Below, piece by piece: positions 10,833-18,354 of a DNA stretch of 18,389 nt. Source of the stretch: Candidatus Cloacimonadota bacterium (GTDB lineage Bacteria > Cloacimonadota > Cloacimonadia > Cloacimonadales > WRIO01); assembly GCA_029564175.1 (NCBI GenBank), contig JAKQQL010000210.1, forward strand, positions 1-18,389, written 5' to 3'. How positions within the stretch are numbered: position 1 is the first letter of the stretch; each line of letters begins with the position of its first letter. A program made the translations under genes and the position numbers. The notes beneath the pieces are model-generated. The model saw only the letters and a program-made list of their open reading frames with translations. It was not told where the DNA came from and made no database searches.

Positions 10833-11995
10833 AAGGAATCCATAATCCGTATGTAAGAGTCATAGCGTTCTTCCGGAATTTCTTTGCCTAAATGTTCCAA
10901 TACACTGCAATGATCTTCATGGGTATGCGTACAATCCTGAAAATAACAATGGCTTGCATACTGAGCAAAACCAGGGAAATGTGAAGGGATTAGATTTTTA
11001 TGAGCAGAACTAAGCTCAAGCGTTTTAATACCTGGAGTGTCAATCAGATGGCCACCAAAAGACCATTTAATCATTCTGGAAGTCGTTGTGGTATGCTGGC
11101 CTTTTCGATGTACATTACTGACTTCACCAACGCGTAAATTAAGAGATGGCTCAATGGCATTGATAATTGAACTTTTTCCTGTACCTGAATGCCCTGTAAA
11201 TACCGAATCTTTATTTTTCAATAATTCTTTTAATTCTTCTATACCTGGATTTCTATACTGCTGGAATGATCCCTTAATTTGGTAGTTTTTAAATAATAAA
11301 TGTTTGCTCATTAATCTATGATAATCTAAACTGTGTTTTTTTCTTTGCGTACTAGTATAAATAACCTGATAACCATTTTGTAAATAATATTGACATTCTT
11401 CCTGAATGGCTTCCAGATCATCTGCTATATCTGTTTTATTAACACAAATCAGTGAATGAATCTGATAAATCTCAGCCAGACATAAATATCTGTCTATCAA
11501 ACCTGAGTTAAACATAGGGTCTTTACAGGAAACAGTAATAATGATCTGGTCAATATTGGAAACTATAGCGATTTCTCTTTGCATGGTTGCACTGGATAGA
11601 TAACGCGAAAGTCTGTTATGACGAGGTAATACTTCTTCGATTCGGTAATTGTCTTTCTCATGTGTATCAATTTTGACATAATCCCCTACACAAACCGGAT
11701 TATGACTTTCAAACTCAAGATATTTTAATCTTCCGCTTAACGTACATGGAAATAATGCCCCATTCATATCAACGATATAAGAATAATTCGTTCTCATTTC
11801 AATGATTCTGCCTTCAAGGAGAGTGAGATTGCTTTTTTGAGAAAATTTGCCTTTTTCATAAGTTCGTCTAAAGGTTTTGGTATGACTTTGTTCTTTTTCT
11901 TCAAAATCATAAATGTCATCCAGATCGTTGACACAAGTGTTCTTTAATCGGATGCTTTTACCAGTAGTTACAAACTTATCTTTCTTTTTATTCAT
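10829..11995 (-). CDS. rsgA: Ribosome small subunit-dependent GTPase A
   Basis: OB-fold (CVGDYV), circularly permuted GTPase (NKTD, GHSGTGKSS, GQHTTT, DTPG) and zinc finger CYFQDCTHTHEDHC. GGAG SD. Confidence 0.96.
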   Translation of the reverse strand: MNKKKDKFVTTGKSIRLKNTCVNDLDDIYDFEEKEQSHTKTFRRTYEKGKFSQKSNLTLLEGRIIEMRTNYSYIVDMNGALFPCTLSGRLKYLEFESHNPVCVGDYVKIDTHEKDNYRIEEVLPRHNRLSRYLSSATMQREIAIVSNIDQIIITVSCKDPMFNSGLIDRYLCLAEIYQIHSLICVNKTDIADDLEAIQEECQYYLQNGYQVIYTSTQRKKHSLDYHRLMSKHLLFKNYQIKGSFQQYRNPGIEELKELLKNKDSVFTGHSGTGKSSIINAIEPSLNLRVGEVSNVHRKGQHTTTTSRMIKWSFGGHLIDTPGIKTLELSSAHKNLIPSHFPGFAQYASHCYFQDCTHTHEDHCSVLEHLGKEIPEERYDSYIRIMDSL

Positions 11996-12169
11996 TCATT
12001 ATTCTCCATATATCTATTAAAATTTATGAGTCAAAGCTGTCAATCAATTTGTTAATTGAATTGGATTTTATATTTTTTTGTTTTAAAAAATTATAGAAAA
12101 TGTGAATTTAAATATTTTATATCAAAATATATCTATAAAATTATAAAATCTATATACTTTCTGTTTTGA

Positions 12170-12213
12170 TTCCTTATTCTTCCCTTATCCTTTCCTTATA
12201 TATTCCTTATCTG
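12170..12213. promoter_or_regulatory. Four 11-bp direct repeats in the divergent intergenic region (candidate operator)
   Basis: TTCCTTATTCT, TCCCTTATCCT, TTCCTTATATA, TTCCTTATCTG; CCTTAT at 12172, 12183, 12194 and 12205. Confidence 0.5.
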
Positions 12214-12421
12214 GTATAAATCATAAAATCTTTTAATTTTTACCCAAAAAACTATCAAGTATTGAGCAGAAATTGAGTCTTTAACTGATTGCTGCTACAA
12301 AATTATGAATAAATTTTATAGGCTTTTGTATTAAATTTTTTATGTATTTAGTTAAGTAAAAGAACATTATTGGAATATATTTTGCATATAAAAACAAGAT
12401 AATAATATAAAAAGGTTGATT

Positions 12422-13669
12422 ATGGATAAGCTTATCCCAAAAAGTAAAAGGCGCAAAAAGTATCTGCATTTAAGTGCCATCATTTGTTTGACCTTATTGT
12501 TACTCTATTTTATCAGAGCATACAGCCTTGAACATTTCAAAACAGCCCGTGTGAACAAAAATGACATCAAGCGCTATACTGTTGTAAAAAAAGAACTAAC
12601 AGCTTCTTTTTCAACAGACGGAAAAGTCATTCCTTTACAATCCTATCAGGTGGAAACGCCTGTGGGTGGAAAAGTGGAAAAAATCTGTAAGAAAATCGGG
12701 GATTATGTTACTCAGGGAGAGCCGATAGCTGTTTTATCCAATGATGATCTTCAGTTACAACTCATTAACAGCGAAACAGAAGTTGCCAATCAGATCAACA
12801 ATCTGAGTACTGCCAGGATTCAAAGGAATCAGAGCAGTCTGAGCCAGAGAAGGAATCTTTTTGCGCTGAAAATGCAAATGACCAAAAAAGAGAGAGAAAT
12901 CCGGCATATTAAGTCCATGTATGACAAAAAGTACATTTCTGAAGATGAATATCTGTCCCAAATGGAAGAATATGATACTTTGAAAAATAATTATCAACTG
13001 TCTTCAGAAGAAGCGATTACCGATTCTTTAATGAGAGAACAGCAAGTCATCCAAATAGAACAGTCACTCAGTCAGGTAAAGAAAAATCTGGATCAAATCA
13101 AAAATAAGATACATGATCTGGTTATCAAAGCCCCTATTAGCGGTCAAATCACCAATCTCGATCTGACGATGGGTAAAATCCTCAGTTTAGGCAGTCAGAT
13201 TGCCATTATCGAAAATAATGAACAATACTATATTCAGGCAAAAATCAATCAGTATTATCTGAAACACTTGAAAACAGGTTCTAAAGCCAAATTAACTGAT
13301 TTTAATCCGGAAGTACTGATTGAAATAGATAATATCCATCCTAAACTGGAAGGCGATAATGTAACAGTTGATTTTAAGGGTAAATTGCCGGAAAACATTA
13401 AGTCAGGTCAAATTGTTAACATTGATATGCTGACTTCCACGATTCCCAATACCCTGGTGATTCCTCTGGGCGAATACCTCAATGAGAATGACAACAGAGA
13501 AGTTTTTGTGATTGATCAAACAGGGAAAAGGGCTTTTAGAAGAAAGATAGAAACAGGCAGACGTAACATCAAAGAAATTGAGATTATCAGCGGTTTAGAT
13601 GAAAACGAGGAAATCATTATCAGCTCTAACCCGGAATGGAAAAAGAAGGAGAGTCTGAAAATCAGGTAA
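12422..13669 (+). CDS. Efflux periplasmic adaptor subunit (HlyD/MacA family)
   Basis: N-terminal TM segment, lipoyl halves (GGKVEKI..KIGDYVTQGEPI; IKAPISGQI), coiled coil and C-terminal EIISGLDENEEII. ATG at 12422 follows AAAGG; the track starts at TTG 12416. Confidence 0.9.
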   Translation: MDKLIPKSKRRKKYLHLSAIICLTLLLLYFIRAYSLEHFKTARVNKNDIKRYTVVKKELTASFSTDGKVIPLQSYQVETPVGGKVEKICKKIGDYVTQGEPIAVLSNDDLQLQLINSETEVANQINNLSTARIQRNQSSLSQRRNLFALKMQMTKKEREIRHIKSMYDKKYISEDEYLSQMEEYDTLKNNYQLSSEEAITDSLMREQQVIQIEQSLSQVKKNLDQIKNKIHDLVIKAPISGQITNLDLTMGKILSLGSQIAIIENNEQYYIQAKINQYYLKHLKTGSKAKLTDFNPEVLIEIDNIHPKLEGDNVTVDFKGKLPENIKSGQIVNIDMLTSTIPNTLVIPLGEYLNENDNREVFVIDQTGKRAFRRKIETGRRNIKEIEIISGLDENEEIIISSNPEWKKKESLKIR

Positions 13670-13670
13670 T

Positions 13671-13710
13671 TCCCATCCTTTGGAGGGGTGGCACGAAGTG
13701 ACGGGGTGGT
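13671..13710 (+). repeat. GC-rich REP-like double-hairpin element
   Basis: CCCATCC-TTT-GGAGGGG, then CAC-GAA-GTG and ACGGGGTGGT. 12/13 inverted match at 18266-18278. Confidence 0.5.
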
Positions 13711-13732
13711 AAGTTGAAAAAAAAAGAATAGC

Positions 13733-14171
13733 GACCACGGAAATACGGAAAAACACGGAAAGGATGAAAAATGAGTCAGTTAAAAAAGTCCTTGATCTTC
13801 TTTTCTTCCGTGCCTTCAGTGCCTTCCGTGGTTGAAAAAAGAAAAACGACCATGGAAATACGGAAAAATACGGAAAGGATGAAATATGAGTCAGTTAAAA
13901 AAGTTCTTAATCTTTATTTCTTCCGTGCTTTCAGTGCCTTCAGTGGTTGAAAAAAGAATAGCGACCACAGAAATACACGGAAAGGAGGAGAAATGAGTCA
14001 ATTAAAAGCTTTAAATGTTCTTATCTTTTCTTCCGTGCTTTCAGTGCCTTCAGTGGTTGAAAAGAATAATAACGACCACAGAAGTACGGAATAATACGGA
14101 AAGGAGGATTATGAGTCAGAAAAAAGTTCTTAATCTTCTTTTCTTCCGTGCTTTCAGTGCCTTCAGTGGTT
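13733..14171. repeat. Tandem array of four ~113-bp imperfect hairpin units upstream of the GxxExxY gene
   Basis: GACCA at 13733, 13848, 13963 and 14074; GTGGTT ending at 13833, 13948, 14058 and 14171. Left arm ACCACGGAAATACGGAAAAACACGGAA, right arm TTCCGTGCYTTCAGTGCCTTCMGTGGTT. The loop carries AGGA...ATGAGTCA. Confidence 0.95.
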
Positions 14172-14194
14172 GTTAAAAAAAAGGAGAGGTAGAT

Positions 14195-14569
14195 ATGAGT
14201 TTGATTTATGAAAAAGAATGTTATGCTATCCGTGGTGCCATATTTGAAGTTTATAAAGAAACAGGTAATGGTTTTTTGGAATCAGTGTATCAGGAATGTC
14301 TTGAAAGAGAATTTCAAACACAGAATATTCCTTTTGTCTCAAAACCTGAGTTGACTCTGTGCTATAAAGGTAGTCCACTTTCTCATATATTTATACCTGA
14401 TTTCATTTGTTATGATAAGATAATAGTTGAACTTAAATCAGTAAAAGAATTAACACCTGAGTATAAAGCGCAAGTTATGAATTATCTCAAAGTTTCACAT
14501 AAGAGACTCGGACTATTGGTCAATTTCAGTGCATACCCTCAGGTTCAGGTTGAAAGGATCATTTTATAA
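14195..14569 (+). CDS. GxxExxY protein (PD-(D/E)XK nuclease superfamily)
   Basis: GFLESVY matches GxxExxY; PDFICYDKIIVELKS; AQVMNYLK...GLLVNF; 124 aa; AGGAGAGG SD. Confidence 0.95.
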   Translation: MSLIYEKECYAIRGAIFEVYKETGNGFLESVYQECLEREFQTQNIPFVSKPELTLCYKGSPLSHIFIPDFICYDKIIVELKSVKELTPEYKAQVMNYLKVSHKRLGLLVNFSAYPQVQVERIIL

Positions 14570-14591
14570 ATATGATGAAAAAGGAGGACTT

Positions 14592-17024
14592 ATGATCTTT
14601 CATTATTACAAATCAGCGTGCAATGCGTTTAAAAAAGAATCGCTGAATTTTCAGGTAGCTGTTGTCAGTCTTGCTATTGGACTGGCAGTATTTTCATTAC
14701 TCATTTCGTTTGTGTGGTATCATTATGATTATGACCGGAGTATCACGCCTAATCATGAATGGTATCGCTTACGAGTGTCATATTCTGACCAAAAAACACC
14801 TAATAAGGATATTGCAGGCTTCCCTTATCTGATTATGAAAAGACTGCGGACTGAAGTTCCTGAAATTGTCGATTATACGGTCAAAGCAGACTATAATATT
14901 TTGGCAAAATTCACCAGTGAAAAAGGGACAGTCATACCCATCATTAACTCATCTTCTATGGTTACACCTAATTTTCCCAAAGTGTACAACATGAAGTTTA
15001 TCTATGGAGATAAAGACAGTGCTTTGACTTCTTTTTCTGATTTGATTGTCAGTCGTTCTTTTGCCTTAAAGTATTTTGGTAAGGAGAATGCCATTGGTGA
15101 AAAAGTATTTCTGAAAACACGTCAAATTCATACCGTTACCGGGGTTTTCGAGGATTTGCCGAATAACCTGCATTATAGAAAAGAGGCATATCGTTTTAAT
15201 TCTGATGTTGTAAATAATACTGAAGAAGATATTTACAGTACTTCTGATGTTATGATAAGAATTTCAAACCCAGATAATCTTCCTCAAGTAGAGAAAAAAA
15301 TCAACCAGTTTCTAACTCAGTTTGAACAATCTTCTCAGGTTAAAAGAACCTGTCATATTGATCCGGTTCATAAGATACATTATATCCAAGGATTATATGA
15401 AGACAGTAAAACGATGAATATTAATCTGATTCATGGAACGCTTATCCTGGCTTGTTTGGTTTTACTCTCTGCTTTTTTAAACTTTTATAATCTTTTAAAC
15501 CTGATATGGGAAAAACGCCAGAATGAATTTGCTTACCGAAAGACTTTAGGCGCTGAGAGAAAAGACATTGTGCTTCAGATTATGACGGAGTATTCTGTTT
15601 CCTTTATATTTGCTGCCAGCTTAGCTGTAGTTTTATATATCGGAGCTCAAAAATTATTTTCTCAATGGACAGAGTTAAATCTGCAGAATTATGAAATTTT
15701 CCATCATTTTGGAGCGACTGTCCTGATGAGTATCCTTCTTGTTATCTTCTGGCTGATTGGTTTTATATCTGCGTATAAAATAGCCAATAACAATGAGGTT
15801 CAGGAAGATAAACGAATCCGGAAGAAAAGCCGAGTCTTTCAGTATATTCTATTTGCTCAGATATTCATCAGTGTTTTGTTTGCGTTGTCTGCAATGATGA
15901 CTTATCTTCAGATCGACTATATCCGTCACTATGACTTAGGCTACGATAAACAAAATCTGATCCAGTACAATGCCTTTAGCGCTAATATACCAGGCTATAT
16001 ACCACCAGATATTCTACGACAGGAACTGGAAAACATCCCTGAGATAAAGTCTGTAACTATGACAGGATTTGATATTGCCAATAAATCTGAAAAAAAATCT
16101 TATATGACTGCCACTTTTGTCAGCGATCATAATGGAAAGGAAATTTTTGGTAAAGCAGTCTTATATCCGGCTGATAAGGGATTCTTTAAGAAAATGAATA
16201 TCCGGATTCTAAAAGGTAGTGTTTCTGATATGCTTCCCTTTAATCAAAATGATTTATCCGGAGACATGATATTAAATAAAACGGCTGCTGATTTATTTTA
16301 CCCTGATACTAATCCCATTGGCAAATCATTAAAAATTCCGGATGATATTGCCTATGCGATAAATGGGAGTAGTGATATGCCTTCAAACACTCATATTATC
16401 AAAGCGGTAGTAGATAATGTACATTTTAACTCATTATATGAAAAAGTAGAACCTGTCATTTTTGTAGAAGCTAAGGATATTTTTGAGCATGTACAGATTC
16501 GATACCAACCTGGAAAAAGGGATGTTGTAATTCAAAAAGCCAATACCGTTTTTGAAAAGTTGACTCAGGAATCGATCTTTAGTTATGAGTATGAAGATAT
16601 TGAACAGAAAATCAAGGATTTTTATAAAGAAGATGTGATGCTTTTAAATCTGATAATCTTTTTTGCTTTGATCTGCACACTGATTGCCATTTTTGGTATC
16701 ATTAGTATCAGTTCTCTGCATATCTTCAGTCAGATGAAAGAAATTGCCATACACAAAATCAACGGAGCGGAGCATTCGGATTTACTCAAACTATACTCAA
16801 AACCTTTTGTTGTTTTGACGATAATAGCCTGGTTGACTTCTGTTGCCTTTACCTGGTATCTGATCGATATCTTCACCGGAAAATTTGCCATTCAGGCTCC
16901 CCATCTTTGGCTCTGTGGATTGATCAGTTTTATACTGACCATGCTCATGGTTTTACTACCTGTTATGTATCATATCAGAAAAGCGTACAAAACCCAGGCT
17001 TCAGTGTATTTGAATAATGAATGA
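14592..17024 (+). CDS. ABC transporter permease, duplicated MacB/FtsX type
   Basis: Two periplasmic+FtsX halves (RQNEFAYRKTLGA; MKEIAIHKINGA), SRSFALKYFG..AIG, VTGVFEDLPNN and DLGYDK. ATG at 14592 follows AGGAGG; the track starts at GTG 14529. Confidence 0.92.
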   Translation: MIFHYYKSACNAFKKESLNFQVAVVSLAIGLAVFSLLISFVWYHYDYDRSITPNHEWYRLRVSYSDQKTPNKDIAGFPYLIMKRLRTEVPEIVDYTVKADYNILAKFTSEKGTVIPIINSSSMVTPNFPKVYNMKFIYGDKDSALTSFSDLIVSRSFALKYFGKENAIGEKVFLKTRQIHTVTGVFEDLPNNLHYRKEAYRFNSDVVNNTEEDIYSTSDVMIRISNPDNLPQVEKKINQFLTQFEQSSQVKRTCHIDPVHKIHYIQGLYEDSKTMNINLIHGTLILACLVLLSAFLNFYNLLNLIWEKRQNEFAYRKTLGAERKDIVLQIMTEYSVSFIFAASLAVVLYIGAQKLFSQWTELNLQNYEIFHHFGATVLMSILLVIFWLIGFISAYKIANNNEVQEDKRIRKKSRVFQYILFAQIFISVLFALSAMMTYLQIDYIRHYDLGYDKQNLIQYNAFSANIPGYIPPDILRQELENIPEIKSVTMTGFDIANKSEKKSYMTATFVSDHNGKEIFGKAVLYPADKGFFKKMNIRILKGSVSDMLPFNQNDLSGDMILNKTAADLFYPDTNPIGKSLKIPDDIAYAINGSSDMPSNTHIIKAVVDNVHFNSLYEKVEPVIFVEAKDIFEHVQIRYQPGKRDVVIQKANTVFEKLTQESIFSYEYEDIEQKIKDFYKEDVMLLNLIIFFALICTLIAIFGIISISSLHIFSQMKEIAIHKINGAEHSDLLKLYSKPFVVLTIIAWLTSVAFTWYLIDIFTGKFAIQAPHLWLCGLISFILTMLMVLLPVMYHIRKAYKTQASVYLNNE

Positions 17025-17031
17025 TAAAACC

Positions 17032-17278
17032 GTAGCGCAAGCTACCAGCTTGCGGAAAGAAAATGTTTTTTTGACACGGATGCCGCTGATTGATACGGAA
17101 AAGATAGATTTGGTGTAATGATCTTACAAAAATTGCCCTGAAAGGGCAAAATATGAGTAGCCCATGGTGCAACCATGGGAAAGATTGCCCCACACAATCA
17201 GAGCCCCGAAGGGGCGACAGAATGTAACGTAAGCTACCAGCTTGCGAAAAGAAAAAACAAGCAGGTTGCTTGTCCTAC
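17032..17278. repeat. Cluster of REP-like palindromes between permease and ATPase
   Basis: GTAG-CGCAAGCT-ACC-AGCTTGCG (17032-17054), near copy at 17224-17246, inverted relative at 17257-17278. Also TTGCCCT-GAA-AGGGCAA (17133-17149), CCCATGGT-GCA-ACCATGGG (17161-17179) and GCCCC-GAA-GGGGC (17203-17215). Confidence 0.75.
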
Positions 17279-17296
17279 AAGAAAGGAGATAAAAAA

Positions 17297-17962
17297 ATGA
17301 TTAAATTACAAAAACTGACCAAGATCTTTACGACCGATGAGATAGAAACCACTGCCATAAATGCCATTGATTTACACATAAAAAAAGGTGAATTCGTGGC
17401 GATAAAAGGACCTTCCGGATGCGGAAAGACCACTTTAATGAATATTCTCGGACTGATGGATGTACATTCTGACGGAGAATATCATCTTCTTGACCAGCCG
17501 GTTCATCAGATGAGTGAAGTGGAACGAACTCGTCTGAGAAAAGGTAAAATTGGCTTTGTTTTCCAGAAATTCAACCTGATTGACTCTCTCAATGTCTATG
17601 AAAATATCGAATTACCTTTGCATTATCTGAAAATAGACAGCAGTGAAAGAAAGCAAAGAATTGAAACAGCATTGGACAGACTCAATATCAAACACAGGGC
17701 AAAGCACTTTCCTTCCCAACTGAGTGGCGGGCAACAACAGAGAGTGGCTGTTGCCAGATGCATTGTAGCAGAGCCTGACTTGATTCTGGCTGATGAACCA
17801 ACCGGTAATCTGGATTCCACAAATGGAAAAGAAGTGATGGAGATTTTATCGGAATTGCATAAAGAAGGCAAAACAATTATCATGGTAACTCATGATGATA
17901 AATATGCTCACTTTGCAGACAGAATCATCAATCTTTACGATGGCAATATTGTAAGTGAGTAA
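17297..17962 (+). CDS. ABC transporter ATP-binding protein (LolD/MacB-like)
   Basis: Motifs [35 protein letters not shown] and MVTHD. ATG at 17297 follows AAAGGAG. Confidence 0.97.
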   Translation: MIKLQKLTKIFTTDEIETTAINAIDLHIKKGEFVAIKGPSGCGKTTLMNILGLMDVHSDGEYHLLDQPVHQMSEVERTRLRKGKIGFVFQKFNLIDSLNVYENIELPLHYLKIDSSERKQRIETALDRLNIKHRAKHFPSQLSGGQQQRVAVARCIVAEPDLILADEPTGNLDSTNGKEVMEILSELHKEGKTIIMVTHDDKYAHFADRIINLYDGNIVSE

Positions 17963-17969
17963 TTTTTTT

Positions 17970-18011
17970 CAGGGTATCTGTCTATTTAAGCAGATACCCT
18001 GTATTGCTTTT
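17970..18011 (+). terminator. Probable Rho-independent terminator of the efflux operon
   Basis: 11-bp perfect stem CAGGGTATCTG (17970-17980) / CAGATACCCTG (17991-18001), followed by TATTGCTTTT. Confidence 0.65.
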
Positions 18012-18093
18012 GTTGCAGATCTGAGCTCTTATATTTAGAACGATTTTTTTAGACGCAGATTTAAAAATAAAGAGACAAAGAGGTGTTTTCTAT

Positions 18094-18354
18094 AACCACG
18101 GAAAGCACAGAAAACACGGAATTCTACGAAGATCACAGGGCTGACGCCCCTGAATCTGATTAAATACATTCTCTACACCCTCCTCGTCTTCGCGTGAGGT
18201 ATAACTCGTTTTTGCAGTAGGGGATGTCATTCATCATTTATAATTCACAATTCACAATTAAACGTACTACCCCGTCACAGAAGTGGAATTTTACATTTAT
18301 CAAATGATTAGGATGCCTCTTTATTCTCTCCGCGACTCCGCGTCTCCGCGTGAG
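18094..18354. repeat. Mosaic of short-period repeat arms and REP-like fragments
   Basis: AACCACGGAAAGCACAGAAAACACGGAA (18094-18121); CAGGGC-TGAC-GCCCCTG (18136-18152); heptamers at 18228-18259; (CTCCGCGW)x3-GAG at 18328-18354 with a degenerate copy at 18180-18198. Confidence 0.65.

Noticed and set aside
12026..12033. ATGAGTCA identical to the array loop motif
   Set aside because: A single 8-mer without flanking arms, compatible with chance.
11996..12421. Strand-switch AT-rich intergenic region as oriC
   Set aside because: No perfect DnaA boxes were seen here; a divergent promoter region explains it adequately.
13733..14171. Array as a CRISPR
   Set aside because: The period is about 113 bp, the intervening segments are homologous to each other rather than unique spacers, and no cas genes are present in the window.
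14111..14176. Unit-4 mini-ORF resembling a lipoprotein signal (…FSAFSGC)
   Set aside because: It stops immediately after the Cys and arises from a frame shift of the repeat arm, so it is probably coincidental.
14529..14591. Upstream GTG start of the permease overlapping GxxExxY
   Set aside because: ATG 14592 has a strong AGGAGG and removes the overlap.
17270..17296. TTG start extension of the ABC ATPase
   Set aside because: It begins within a REP-like palindrome and contains the SD; ATG 17297 gives the typical MIKL N-terminus.
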